This document shows, piece after piece, positions 34,747 through 45,047 of a DNA stretch of 64,000 bases (position 1 is its first letter; the number at the start of each line of letters is the position of its first letter). The stretch is taken from NCBI GenBank assembly GCA_963816145.1, contig CAWFJP010000011.1, forward strand, positions 160,001-224,000. Reading direction: 5' to 3'. Source of the stretch: an uncultured delta proteobacterium. Its GTDB lineage: Bacteria > Desulfobacterota > Binatia > UBA9968. Position numbers and translations under genes: made by a program. Under the pieces are notes generated by a model. The model saw only the letters and a program-made list of their open reading frames with translations. It was not told the DNA's origin and did not search any database.

Positions 34747-35607
34747 CTATACGCCCGTTACGAATCGCCAGACCTCACCATCCCGTACCACGCGCCCTGC
34801 GGTCGGACCGGGAAAATGCGTTCCTATCACAAGCGTCGATTCGGTCGCCAACTGTGCCAACATTCGCCGCCGAGTCGACTCCGCTGCTTTTTGATAGGAA
34901 TCAGCCGTTGTGCACCAATGGGGACGCGCCATCTGGCAGGGTGAATGGATGAAGTCACCGGTGATGAGCGCCTGCTCACCCTTCGAGGCGATTCGCACAC
35001 TGACATGGCCTGGAGTATGCCCGGGTGTCGGCTCGATCCTTACTTCAGCGCACAATTTGTGATCGGCCTCGACACGATCCAGAAGTCCGGCGCTGAGAAC
35101 TGGTTCCACGCTATCCGCCATGTAATCGCCGAACTGCTGCTTTTCCCGATGCGAGGTCCAGTATTCGTATTCGCCACCGGGAACAAGGTAGCGCGCCTTC
35201 TTAAACGTAGGCTCCCATTTGCCGTCCACCAGTACCGTGTTCCATCCGACATGGTCGACGTGAAGATGGGTACACAAGACGTAATCGAAACTGCTCGCCG
35301 GAAACCCGGCCGCTTCCAGATCACGAAGGAACGAGCCGCGAAGCATATTCGACCGTTCATTCTCCCGCTTTTTGTCGTTGCCGAAACAGGTATCGACGAT
35401 GATGCGGCAGCTTGGCGTCTCGACCACGAGTGCATGAATCGACAAACGCAGTTCACCGTCTTCGGTCATGAAGTGAGGCTTGAGCCACTCGATGTCTTTG
35501 CAAGCTTCCGGGGTGGCATCCAACAAGAGAAAACGGTGCACGCTATCGGCAAATTCCTTCTCGACGAACTTGGAAACGCGAACATCCCCGATTTGCCAGT
35601 GACTCAC
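34747..35607 (-). CDS. MBL-fold metallo-hydrolase
   Basis: THLHVDHVGWN, TPGHTPGH, TGDFIH, GTHF; GTG start after GGAGG. Confidence 0.9.
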   Translation of the reverse strand: MSHWQIGDVRVSKFVEKEFADSVHRFLLLDATPEACKDIEWLKPHFMTEDGELRLSIHALVVETPSCRIIVDTCFGNDKKRENERSNMLRGSFLRDLEAAGFPASSFDYVLCTHLHVDHVGWNTVLVDGKWEPTFKKARYLVPGGEYEYWTSHREKQQFGDYMADSVEPVLSAGLLDRVEADHKLCAEVRIEPTPGHTPGHVSVRIASKGEQALITGDFIHSPCQMARPHWCTTADSYQKAAESTRRRMLAQLATESTLVIGTHFPGPTAGRVVRDGEVWRFVTGV

Positions 35608-35691
35608 GAGAACCTCCACCTGGGTTTTACCGAAAACCAGACCAGTGACACGCCAATGCTTCCGATGCCTCACATTCCTGCCGAGAACACA

Positions 35692-36192
35692 TCACGTTGT
35701 CAGCTCGCGATTTCGGTAATAGTACGCGTCCTCCGGCACCGCCTTGAGGCTGATGAGATCGCCTTTTCGGATCATGCCGCTTTCGACGATCTCCGCCACA
35801 AGACCGCCGCGATCGCTGAACGCTTCTAGGAACTTTTCCGTCTTGCCGGAGAGGCGGGTAGGCCGCAAACATGGATCACAGTAGTACTGTCCGCGAAAAC
35901 GCGCCTTCCCGATCTGAAACTCACGGCCAATGAGCCACATCAGTTCGACGCCCTGGATCACGATATTGCGCCGGCTCTCACCATATTCAAAGCCGCTATC
36001 CTGGAAGAAAACGGAATTGATGAGAGTCACTTGCCGCCTCCCCTGCCGTCTCCGGTTGAAGCTACCCTCGCCCATCGAGTAACGGTCACCCGCAAGACCG
36101 GCGCCAGCAATGGCTTCCGCACTTTGTACCTCTTCCATTTTCCCGCCGGCAACGGGCGAGATAAACATTGCGACGACATTTCCGTTTACCAT
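35692..36192 (-). CDS. MOSC domain protein
   Basis: GLAGDRY, RQVTLI, SRRNIV, CDPC, DRGGL. Confidence 0.88.
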   Translation of the reverse strand: MVNGNVVAMFISPVAGGKMEEVQSAEAIAGAGLAGDRYSMGEGSFNRRRQGRRQVTLINSVFFQDSGFEYGESRRNIVIQGVELMWLIGREFQIGKARFRGQYYCDPCLRPTRLSGKTEKFLEAFSDRGGLVAEIVESGMIRKGDLISLKAVPEDAYYYRNRELTT

Positions 36193-36279
36193 GATGCCTC
36201 CAGTGCAGTCATTACGACGATAAATTTTTCTTTGCCGCTCGCGATGGATAGCTAATTGGATCACCTTCGTACTCCACTC

Positions 36280-36530
36280 TTACTGTTTGGTCCCGACACC
36301 AATGAGCACCTCGCCGGAAATCTCAAAGCCGTTCGGCTCTTCATACTGTTTAAACTTTTCCTCAATTTCGGCCCAAGCAATTTCCCGATCAGCTTGCTCC
36401 AACTGGGTCATGAGTTCCTTAAGATCACCCGCAGCTTTTCTCATGTTTCCAACAGCCGCGGCTGCGGAAGGAAACCCGCGAGGTATTGGCGCCGCATGGA
36501 CGGATACGTTCTGAAACCGCCTCGCGATAG
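36280..36530 (-). pseudogene. Class I SAM-methyltransferase C-terminal remnant, copy 1
   Basis: Manual translation ...FPSAAAAVGNMRK...ADREIAWAEIEEKFKQYEEPNGFEISGEVLIGVGTKQ is paralogous to 38236-38490. Confidence 0.6.
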
Positions 36531-36563
36531 AGTCATTCAGGAACCGGTCGGGAAAACGGCTCT

Positions 36564-36968
36564 TTACTTGGTGCCGAGCCAGCCATGCTCGGAAAGATCG
36601 ATGGTCACGCCGTCCGGGCCGGTGAATTTCACCTCGACATTGCCTCGTTTCGCCATCTCCTCAGTTCCGGGATAAGGACGGTGCACCGCTCCCGCTTTCT
36701 CGATCTGCGCCCTGGCCTCATCCATGTTGTCGATTTCGACGCCGAAGTGGTGCAGGCCGGCGTATCGGAGCATGCCTTCCGTAGTGGCGGGGTCGTCGTA
36801 TTTGAATTTCAGGATTGCGAGATTCACGTGACCGTCGCTCAGGTAGTAGCCTTCTGCGGTCGGAGAGTTGACCTTGCCGACCTCTTTCAAGCCGAGGCCT
36901 TCGATGTAAAACCGGGAAGTCGTCTCCGGGTCCCGTGTAGCGATTGCGATATGCCTGATCCTTGCCAT
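36564..36968 (-). CDS. VOC/glyoxalase family protein
   Basis: IRHIAI, YLSDGHVNLAIL, GLHHFG, EVKFTGPDGVTIDLS. Confidence 0.88.
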   Translation of the reverse strand: MARIRHIAIATRDPETTSRFYIEGLGLKEVGKVNSPTAEGYYLSDGHVNLAILKFKYDDPATTEGMLRYAGLHHFGVEIDNMDEARAQIEKAGAVHRPYPGTEEMAKRGNVEVKFTGPDGVTIDLSEHGWLGTK

Positions 36969-37054
36969 TATTCACCTCCATCGTTCTGACTGATTTTCGC
37001 TTGGCGCAACGTCGCCGGCAGTTGAAGAAATGGTTCCTGACATTCCTTCCGCAC

Positions 37055-38164
37055 TCATAGAGCGCCGCCTGTGGCTTTGGCCCTGGCGATCTCGCCGGCG
37101 CTATATCTGTAAGCGCGAAAGACACGATTGTTTAGCCCGTTTGGCCCTTCATTGAAGTACGGATTGACGTACTCCCAAACCAATTCACCTTGGACCGTCA
37201 CTTCGAAGAGACGACCGAAGTCGGCCTCGCAGATCAGAGTGTTGCCGTTTGGCAATCGCTGTGCGTTTGACATGCGCGGGCTGAAAAATTCGTATTCCCT
37301 TCTCTCCTGGTACTTCCAAACGATCTGCTTGGTCGCCAATTCGACTTCGATTACGCGCGAGAACGGCATCGACTGGTCCAAGCGGTGCGGGCCGTTGTCG
37401 AAGAGCAAAAGATGGCCGTTGGGAAGGGGCGTCGGCGCATGTTGGCCCGATAACGGCGGCGCGCCGAGCTTCCAAATAATTCTCCCGGTCTTACGTTCGA
37501 TAATGATCACCGTCGAAATGTGGCGAAAACTCAAAGCGATGTCGCCGTTCGGCAGCTCCGCAAGACCGTTGGCATGCGTCCACGCCTCCCGTGGATCTTG
37601 CAGCGCCGTGATGCGATCTGTCTCGGGATCGAGATGCTCCCAGGCACGCCATTCCCACACGACTTGTCCGCCGGTAGTCATCTCGGCGAGATAATCTCCG
37701 TACATTGCGCCGTGATGTTCCGTACCGGACAATCCGCCTTTGATCTTGGAGATGAAATCGGGCGGCAACTGAGCGAGACAAATCAACAAGACGTTGCCAT
37801 TTCTCAGTCTGATGCCATCGTGATGATGGTCCGGATGGCGCACTTCCCAAAGGACGCGGCCGCTCCAGTCAGATTCCAATACCGCGCCGCCTTTCCACGG
37901 TTTGTTGGTTATGAAACGGGTCGAGTCTTCGGAGGTCTTGCCGTTATAGAAGTAGGTGCCTCTTTCGGTGAGATAGCCATAGTTCCCGGGCGGATAAGGC
38001 ATCTGCCAAGTATGAACAACCTCACCGTCGAGATCGATCAGGTAAACCTTGCCGTCACCGCTTAGCGGCGCGAACAGCGTAAAGCCATCGAAGGCTCGGT
38101 CGCGATCACAGACCCGCAGTCCAATACCCGAACGTTTTACCTTATTTTGTTCCACGGATGGCAT
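37055..38164 (-). CDS. Arylsulfotransferase (ASST)-family beta-propeller protein
   Basis: HHHDG, WTHAN, SFRH, GQHAP, FDNG, NAQRLPNGNTLICE, YRY. Confidence 0.85.
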   Translation of the reverse strand: MPSVEQNKVKRSGIGLRVCDRDRAFDGFTLFAPLSGDGKVYLIDLDGEVVHTWQMPYPPGNYGYLTERGTYFYNGKTSEDSTRFITNKPWKGGAVLESDWSGRVLWEVRHPDHHHDGIRLRNGNVLLICLAQLPPDFISKIKGGLSGTEHHGAMYGDYLAEMTTGGQVVWEWRAWEHLDPETDRITALQDPREAWTHANGLAELPNGDIALSFRHISTVIIIERKTGRIIWKLGAPPLSGQHAPTPLPNGHLLLFDNGPHRLDQSMPFSRVIEVELATKQIVWKYQERREYEFFSPRMSNAQRLPNGNTLICEADFGRLFEVTVQGELVWEYVNPYFNEGPNGLNNRVFRAYRYSAGEIARAKATGGAL

Positions 38165-38235
38165 AAGTCCCTGGCTCCTATCTTCCCCGGTTCCAAGTTG
38201 CTCTTATGGCTATCGGCGATAGCGCTAAAAGCGCT

Positions 38236-38490
38236 TTACTTCGTTCCGACTCCGATAAGCCACTCTCCGGGCGCCTCGAAACCGTTCGGCCCCACGAACC
38301 GGCTCAGTTGCTGCTCGATTTCATTCCAGACCAGCGCGCGGTCGGCGTCACTCAGTTTGTTCAGGACCGTTTGCAGGCGCGGAAAGGAATCCTTCATCGC
38401 GCTCATGGCTTCAGCCATGCAAGGAAAACACCGTTGCACTGGAACTGCGCGCACAACCACGTCGCGGAATCCGGCTTTCTTATAGTCCTT
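38236..38490 (-). pseudogene. Class I SAM-methyltransferase C-terminal remnant, copy 2
   Basis: AGFRDVVV...ADRALVWNEIEQQLSRFVGPNGFEAPGEWLIGVGTK, with no SAM-binding N-terminus. Confidence 0.6.
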
Positions 38491-38921
38491 ATTGCTTCTG
38501 TGAAAAATTGTCATCAACCGTTTCCCCCGAGAGATCTGCCTCCGAGATATAGCGCACCTCCTAAAGTTAAAGCGTCCAACCTGTGATTGACGAAACCGAA
38601 TTACGGGACTTGATGAAGTCCCATTGCCCCGCCATTGGCTCACCCTAAACGAGCCGGGAAGAGTCAGTCCGAGCAGATATGAAGCGGATCGATGATGTGA
38701 CTGGACCGAACGACCCAGCCGAATTGATGGGCGGACAATAAGCCGAATTCAGGATGTACGTCAAGGAGAAGATCCATTCGAGAAACCGACACTGACGTGC
38801 GATAGCGGAGTAGCCGAGCAGCGCGCTCGAACTACCGCCGTTGGAAGAATCACGACATCATCGATAAGGTAGTTCATGCTCGATCCTTGAAGCTGTTTTC
38901 CGATGCCGTTACTGTGAAAGC

Positions 38922-41900
38922 ATGAATCGGCCACGCAAGGCTCCACGTTCCTCGTCATTCCGGCGGGAATATCTATCGCTTCTTAAAAACAGCCCGTCCC
39001 CTGCGCTTGCCGAAGCCAATCTATCGCATCTCGTCGAATGCGGCGGCGCAAAGGCTTTGGACAAATTGTCGCGCGCCGAGTTGCCGGCGCTGTTCGCCGT
39101 ACTCGGCGGTAGCGGCTATCTGAGCAACATTTTGTTTCGCCAAGGAAAAGACTGGCCGGATCTTTTTTCCCGCCAGATTAAGATCAAGCACAAGCCCGGT
39201 CCGAGTCACCTGAAGGAACTTTCAACGGTCATCAATGGGGCTAAATCTTTCGAAGATTTCTGCGCCGCGCTGCGCCGTCACAAACAAAGCGAGTACCTGC
39301 GCATCGGCGGGCGCGATCTCATGCCTTCGGTCACCATGGAAGAAACCGTGCGCGAGTTGACCGCATTGGCCGAAGCTTCGCTCGAGGCCGCTTATCGCTA
39401 TTGCCGGGCGGAAGGTGAAAAAGACTTCGGACAACTCAATTTGCCCGGATCGGAGAGAGCCAATCGCTTTGTCGTCATCGGCATGGGCAAATTGGGCGGC
39501 GGCGAGCTCAACTTTAGCTCGGACGTCGATGTAATCTTCCTCTACGAGAACGACGAAGGCGAAACTAGCGGCGGGCTTAAAGGCAAAACCGGCGCGCGGG
39601 AGTTCTTCAGCGCCATCGGTCAGAAGATCATCCATGCCATGGGCGATGTCACCGAGGACGGCTTCGTGTTTCGCATCGATTTGCGCCTGCGCCCGCTCGG
39701 CGCCAACGGTCCGTTGGTGCAATCGCTGGACTCGGCGATGCTTTATTACGAGTCCTGGGGACAGTGTTGGGAGCGCGCGGCGATGATCAAGGCCCGGCCG
39801 GTGGCCGGCTCAATCGAACTCGGCACACAGTTCTTAAAAGAGCTCGAGCCGTTTATCTACCGCCGCTATCTTGACTATACGACGGTCGACGAGCTGCGCC
39901 ACATGAAGGAACGCATCGAGAACGAACTGCTCACCGGCGACGACAAAGCGCGCAATTTGAAGCTTGGTTACGGCGGCATTCGCGAAATTGAGTTTTTCAC
40001 CCAGGCGCTGCAACTGGTCAACGGCGGCTACGAGCCGGGCTTGCGCGGACCGAGCACGCTGCCGGCGCTAGCGGAACTGGCGAAGCGAAAGTTCATTTCC
40101 ATCGGCGAGCGCGACAAGCTGATCGAAGCCTACCGAGTTCTGCGCCAAGCCGAACACAAAGTGCAAATCGTCCAGGAAGGGCATGTGCACTCGATTCCCG
40201 AGGGCAAAGAAGAGGAACAGGCGTACGCCCGGCGCTTGGGCTACGCACGCAAAGGGAAGCTCGGCGAACGGGAGCTGTTCTGGCGCGATCACCGACGCTA
40301 CACCCATACCGTGCGCAACATCTTCGATCGGCTCTTTTATAGCGCGCAAAAACAGATCGAGAGCGAAGGCGCCAGCGCCGAGGGCGCGATCTGGAACGAT
40401 CTCGACAATGAGCTGGTCATCACCAAGCAATTGGCCGGCGTCGGCTTTGCCGATCCGGAAAAGGCTTACGAGAATCTTCTCGCCGTGCGCGACGGCGAAA
40501 GCTATTCGCCGCCGAGTCCGAAACGCTTGAAAGTCATGCGCAGCCTGGGCCCGGCGGTGATCGCCGAGATCGCCAAGTCCGGCGCGCCGGACCAGGCGCT
40601 GTTCAATCTCGCCAACTTCAGCCACCGCATCGGCGGGCGCACCGGCTTTCTCACGCTGTTAGCCGAAAAGCCTGAGACCCTGCGGTTGCTAATCACGCTA
40701 TTCGCCGATAGCCAGTTTCTCACCGATCTGTTCCTCAAGCGTCCAGAGCTCATCGACACTTTGATTCGCGTCGACCTGACACGCATCGACAAATCGAAAG
40801 ACGCTATGCTTGGCGAGCTGCGGGAAAACCTTGCCGCAGTCGACGACATCGAGGGTAAACTCAACGCGCTGCGCCGCTATAAGAATGAAGAATTCATCCG
40901 CATCGGCCTGCACGATCTCGGCGGATCGATCGAATTTCTCGCCGTGCTGCGCCAACTCTCCGATCTCGCCGTGGCCTGTCTGCAAGCCGCCCTCGATCTC
41001 ACCTTAACCGAGTTAAGCGAAAAATTCGGCGTGGTTCCCAACGGCCGTTTCGTGGTCATCGGCGGCGGTAAAATCGGCGCGCGGGAGATCGATTATAATT
41101 CCGATTTGGATTTGGTTTTTATCTACGACGCGGGCGAAGACGCGCAAACCCGCGGTGGCTCCCAAGGACGGCTATCGGCCCATGAGTTCTATGTGCGGGT
41201 TGGCCAGCGCCTGCCTACCTATCTTTCGGCGCCCACCGAGGAAGGCATCGCCTATAAGATCGATATGCAGCTGCGCCCGTCAGGTAAGGCCGGACCGATC
41301 GTCTGCTCGCTCGACGCCTATCGCGACTATCACACTGGTGCCGCGCAACTGTGGGAACGCCAGGCTTTGATCAAGGCGCGCTTCATCGCCGGCGAAACTT
41401 CCCTGGGCCGGGAGGTCGAGGCGGTCATTGAACAGTGCGCCTATGGCGTCGGGCTCACCCAGGAAGGGATCGGTGAGATTCATCACCTGCGCATGCGCAT
41501 GGAGCGGGAGCTCGCCGGCGAAGATGAATCGCGATTCAATCTCAAGAAGGGCCGCGGCGGGCTAGTCGACATCGAGTTCCTCACGCAAATGTTGCAACTC
41601 GCTCATGGCCACCGGATCGCCGGTGTCCGCCAGCGGGAAACTTTGGCGGCGCTAAAGGCGCTCGAAGCCGCGAAGATCTTAAAACCGCGGGAGTATCAGT
41701 TGCTCGCTGACGGCTATCTATTCCTGCGCCGGCTCGATCACCGGCTGCGGCTGGAACGCGATCAGTCTCTCGATGGCTTCGATACCGAGCCCGGCCGGCT
41801 CGACGGCATCGCCAAGGCTCTCGGCTACAGCAAGCCGAAGAACGCAAGTTCGAAGCGTGCCGGACAATCCGGCCAAAAGCTGTTACGCGACTACCAGCAG

Positions 41901-41978
41901 CGCCGCGAAAGAATCCGCGCCTGCTACGAGCGCTACTTCGTCGCCGAGCCAGAGCCTTCGCGGCCAATTCAGCGTTGA
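38922..41978 (+). CDS. glnE: Bifunctional glutamine synthetase adenylyltransferase/adenylyl-removing enzyme
   Basis: Two nucleotidyltransferase domains: MGKLGGGELNFSSDVDV...DLRLRP...WERAA and GKIGAREIDYNSDLDL...DMQLRPSG...WERQAL. Confidence 0.95.
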   Translation: MNRPRKAPRSSSFRREYLSLLKNSPSPALAEANLSHLVECGGAKALDKLSRAELPALFAVLGGSGYLSNILFRQGKDWPDLFSRQIKIKHKPGPSHLKELSTVINGAKSFEDFCAALRRHKQSEYLRIGGRDLMPSVTMEETVRELTALAEASLEAAYRYCRAEGEKDFGQLNLPGSERANRFVVIGMGKLGGGELNFSSDVDVIFLYENDEGETSGGLKGKTGAREFFSAIGQKIIHAMGDVTEDGFVFRIDLRLRPLGANGPLVQSLDSAMLYYESWGQCWERAAMIKARPVAGSIELGTQFLKELEPFIYRRYLDYTTVDELRHMKERIENELLTGDDKARNLKLGYGGIREIEFFTQALQLVNGGYEPGLRGPSTLPALAELAKRKFISIGERDKLIEAYRVLRQAEHKVQIVQEGHVHSIPEGKEEEQAYARRLGYARKGKLGERELFWRDHRRYTHTVRNIFDRLFYSAQKQIESEGASAEGAIWNDLDNELVITKQLAGVGFADPEKAYENLLAVRDGESYSPPSPKRLKVMRSLGPAVIAEIAKSGAPDQALFNLANFSHRIGGRTGFLTLLAEKPETLRLLITLFADSQFLTDLFLKRPELIDTLIRVDLTRIDKSKDAMLGELRENLAAVDDIEGKLNALRRYKNEEFIRIGLHDLGGSIEFLAVLRQLSDLAVACLQAALDLTLTELSEKFGVVPNGRFVVIGGGKIGAREIDYNSDLDLVFIYDAGEDAQTRGGSQGRLSAHEFYVRVGQRLPTYLSAPTEEGIAYKIDMQLRPSGKAGPIVCSLDAYRDYHTGAAQLWERQALIKARFIAGETSLGREVEAVIEQCAYGVGLTQEGIGEIHHLRMRMERELAGEDESRFNLKKGRGGLVDIEFLTQMLQLAHGHRIAGVRQRETLAALKALEAAKILKPREYQLLADGYLFLRRLDHRLRLERDQSLDGFDTEPGRLDGIAKALGYSKPKNASSKRAGQSGQKLLRDYQQRRERIRACYERYFVAEPEPSRPIQR

Positions 41979-42174
41979 TGAATTACCTGGCATATTCTTG
42001 AATTTCGAATTCGGTTATAATTATTCATAATTGTATTTGAGTCTGTAGAATATGGGGGCAGCAACTCTAAAGCAGTTTCAAGACTGACAACCCGTATAGA
42101 CCCACGGAATAACCGAGCCATTAGGTCACAGAGATGGCAAAGGAAAATAGTTGGAAATTTTTAGAATATCTTTA

Positions 42175-42203
42175 TTGACAGTAACACAACCGTACGATAT
42201 GTT
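42175..42203 (+). promoter_or_regulatory. Sigma70-type promoter (probably leaderless transcript)
   Basis: TTGACA-17 nt-TATGTT, with the ATG 6 nt downstream and no Shine-Dalgarno. Confidence 0.6.
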
Positions 42204-42209
42204 CAGGTC

Positions 42210-42605
42210 ATGAAAACTCAATTGCTCAAGGGCATTGCCCTGGCTTCAATGGTGACCGTGTTGTCGACTCCTTTGTATGCCCAGACGGCGGGTACGGAAA
42301 GCCAACCTGCTGAGCCGGTAACGGAAGAGTTGGGCTACGGTTTTGGCGCGGCTCTCGCCAGCGTGTTTTACATCCCGGCAAAGATAACCTATGCGGGATT
42401 GGGACTGCTCACCGGCGGCCTTGGTTTCGTGCTGACCGGTGGGAGAGCGGATGTTGCCAACAACATCATCTATCCTGCGGTGCGCGGCAACTACGTGGTG
42501 ACGCCGAGTAATCTGAAGGGCACGGAGCCGCTCTATTTCGTCGGCGCCGCACCCGATGTGGCGCAGCCCGAGACTTTAGCGGCGCAATCGGCGCCGCGGC
42601 CCTAG
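42210..42605 (+). CDS. Exported/membrane hypothetical protein
   Basis: Signal peptide (LYAQ) and Gly-rich hydrophobic segments. Confidence 0.75.
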   Translation: MKTQLLKGIALASMVTVLSTPLYAQTAGTESQPAEPVTEELGYGFGAALASVFYIPAKITYAGLGLLTGGLGFVLTGGRADVANNIIYPAVRGNYVVTPSNLKGTEPLYFVGAAPDVAQPETLAAQSAPRP

Positions 42606-43378
42606 TCCTCGCCGAAGCACACCCCGCGCTTCGAAGAGTTGATAAATTCCAAGAGGGCCAACACATCGCTGTTGGCCCTCGCGTCCTTTTCTACCTCTTT
42701 GACCGCCAAGGCAAGATTTCTCCCGCTGCGAAACAGTACGCGGAATGCCTGGCGGATCGCTCGGATCCTTTTATCATCGAATCCCGCGCGTTTGAGCCCG
42801 ACCACATTCACTCCGCGCACGGTGTGCTGCCAGTCGATGATCGCGAACGGCGGCACGTCACGGCTGGTGCCGCTCAGACCGCGCAACAATGCATAATCGC
42901 CAATCCTGACGAACTGGTGCACCACGCAGTTGCCGGAAATGAACACGTTCTTGCCGACTTCCACATAGCCGCCGAGCAAAGCGCCGTTGGCGATAATCAC
43001 GTGATCGGCCAGCACACAGTTATGGCCGACATGGGACGTGGCCATCAAGAAATTGTCGTTGCCGAGCACCGTCGCCGATCCGGCAGCGGTACCACGATGG
43101 ATCTGGGCGTACTCGCGAATAATATTGCGGTCGCCGATGCGCAGATAAGTTTCCTGTCCTTTATATGCCTTGTCTTGTGGCGCGCCGCCGACAGCCGCGC
43201 CCGGATGAATCTCATTGTCTTCGCCGATCTCGGTTAAGCCGGTCAGGTATGCATGGGCCATCACCCGCGTGCCGCGGCCGATCTTGACTGCGCTGTCGAT
43301 CACGACGTAGGGGCCGATTTCAACCGATGGATCGATCTCAGCTTTAGGATCGATCACTGCTGTGGGATGAATGCTCAT
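42602..43378 (-). CDS. lpxA: Acyl-ACP-UDP-N-acetylglucosamine O-acyltransferase
   Basis: MSIHPTAVIDP, PQD, IRE...IHRGT, HVGHNC, VHQFVRIG, DVPPF, GVNVVGLKRAGF. Confidence 0.95.
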   Translation of the reverse strand: MSIHPTAVIDPKAEIDPSVEIGPYVVIDSAVKIGRGTRVMAHAYLTGLTEIGEDNEIHPGAAVGGAPQDKAYKGQETYLRIGDRNIIREYAQIHRGTAAGSATVLGNDNFLMATSHVGHNCVLADHVIIANGALLGGYVEVGKNVFISGNCVVHQFVRIGDYALLRGLSGTSRDVPPFAIIDWQHTVRGVNVVGLKRAGFDDKRIRAIRQAFRVLFRSGRNLALAVKEVEKDARANSDVLALLEFINSSKRGVCFGED

Positions 43379-43403
43379 GGAGCTGGCAATCTCTCGGCAA
43401 TAT

Positions 43404-43562
43404 AAAATCCGAAATTCGAATCCCTAAATCCGAAACAAAAACACAATCAAAAAAGTTTCAATTACGGAAAAACCAAAACAACGAATCCCAACGATGCTCG
43501 TTTGGAATTTTACCCTACTTGGGGTCATTTGAATTTGTTTCGGATTTCGTGCTGCGAATTTT
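43404..43562. repeat. Inverted heptamer-repeat element family B, copy 2
   Basis: Homologous to 21342-21506, including the TCATTTGAATTTGTTTCGGATTTCG arm. Confidence 0.85.
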
Positions 43563-43591
43563 TTTGTTATCGCCCTCGGCAGACCAGCCGT

Positions 43592-43783
43592 CTATTGAAT
43601 CTTTTTATCGTCATCCTCGTTGTCCAGGAGCAGCTCGAAGTCATCGCCAGGGATCTTGTAGCGCTCCTCGACCCACGCGCCCAGATCGATCGTCTGACAG
43701 CGCTTGGAACAAAAGGGCCGGTGCGGATTGTTCTCCCACGCGGTCTCGACACGACAAGTCGGACACTTGACCGTCAGCGGCAT
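43592..43783 (-). CDS. yacG: DNA gyrase inhibitor YacG
   Basis: VKCPTC...[28 protein letters not shown]. Confidence 0.95.
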   Translation of the reverse strand: MPLTVKCPTCRVETAWENNPHRPFCSKRCQTIDLGAWVEERYKIPGDDFELLLDNEDDDKKIQ

Positions 43784-43806
43784 GGTTTTCCCAGTGTTTA
43801 TGCCGA

Positions 43807-44772
43807 TTACTTTTCGAAAAACAATTCTTCGACCGTGAGCCGCTTTTCCATCAACCCCTGATCGAGGGAATAACCGACAAAACGCTCGAGGTTAGCGCGG
43901 TTCTTCGCGATACCATGCGGCCAGGGATCGTCGCCGAAAGCGGCGCGCTCTTCTTCGAACAAATGGCGCCCCCAGACAAAGCGCGACCAGTTGGGATCGT
44001 CATAATATTCCATGCAAGCCGCTTTAGCCTTGTCGAACGCCGCAGTCACGGAATTTGCCAGCCAAGGATTTTTGTTTAACACCGGATCCTTGAAGGCGAC
44101 TACATGCATGATCGGGAAATAACCATTCTTGCGGAAATAATTCGCCTCTTCGGCCTTGGGATCGGCGAACAAGCGGCGAATCGGGCCGCCGCCGCGCAAA
44201 GCTTCGTCAGGCGGATGGGGCACCATCAATGCATCGATCTCACCCTTCTCCAACATCGCGCCGATCTTTTGGCCGCGCTGAAGCAGCTGCATTTTCACGC
44301 CAGTCACCGGCTTGAGCGGAACCGCCTCATCTTTGGAAATATACCAATCGATGTCGCGCCAGGGAACGTTATACTCGGCCTGCAAATCGCCCTTGGCCAA
44401 AACCGACAGCGTGGTTTGGAACGTGCTCAAGCCGACCTTCTTCCCGACCAGATCCTGCGGTGTCTTGATCCCGGCGTTCACGTTCACCCACATTTGCGAC
44501 AGGCTGAACAAACGGCGCGGAAAGACCGGGATCGCGGTGAATGGCATGCCGCGGCTCTTGGCGATCAGGTAGGACGACAACGACAGTTCACAAATGTCGA
44601 ATTCGCCTTTTTGTAGCATGCGCTCATGACGGTCCTGGCCATGCTTGAGCGGATGCGATTGACCGACTTCGAGCACCTGCAAATCCACTCCCTCCGCCGT
44701 CACCGAACCATCGAATAACGGCACATGCCGGTCGTAGTGCGACAGTGCCAATGTCAGAGACAAATTTGCCAT
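43807..44772 (-). CDS. 4,5-dihydroxyphthalate decarboxylase-like protein, paralog 2
   Basis: [38 protein letters not shown]. Confidence 0.85.
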   Translation of the reverse strand: MANLSLTLALSHYDRHVPLFDGSVTAEGVDLQVLEVGQSHPLKHGQDRHERMLQKGEFDICELSLSSYLIAKSRGMPFTAIPVFPRRLFSLSQMWVNVNAGIKTPQDLVGKKVGLSTFQTTLSVLAKGDLQAEYNVPWRDIDWYISKDEAVPLKPVTGVKMQLLQRGQKIGAMLEKGEIDALMVPHPPDEALRGGGPIRRLFADPKAEEANYFRKNGYFPIMHVVAFKDPVLNKNPWLANSVTAAFDKAKAACMEYYDDPNWSRFVWGRHLFEEERAAFGDDPWPHGIAKNRANLERFVGYSLDQGLMEKRLTVEELFFEK

Positions 44773-44899
44773 ATCGGTACCTCTCTCGATTGCTGCCTAT
44801 TGCTTACTGCACTTTTCAAACGCTTTCCAGCCCGCAATGGGCGTATCGCAAAGACCTCGAACACCTATTATGACGATGATGGGAACCTCGGGAATTTTA

Positions 44900-44942
44900 G
44901 AGCGGGCGACCCGGGTCGAACCGGCGACGTCCAGCTTGGTAA
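44900..44942 (-). mobile_element. tRNA-Gly 3'-half fragment, island attachment site
   Basis: Minus strand TTACCAAGCTGGACGTCGCCGGTTCGACCCGGGTCGCCCGCTC covers the anticodon 3' side, T arm and acceptor stem of a Gly-type tRNA; the 5' half is absent. Confidence 0.85.
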
Positions 44943-45047
44943 AGTTGGATTGAAGTCTAAAAACTTAGTCGATTATTTCTGGCTTAAGAACTTTTTATGA
45001 TCTTCATGAATTTCATTTAGATCTGCGTCCCAGACCGAAAACTTGGG

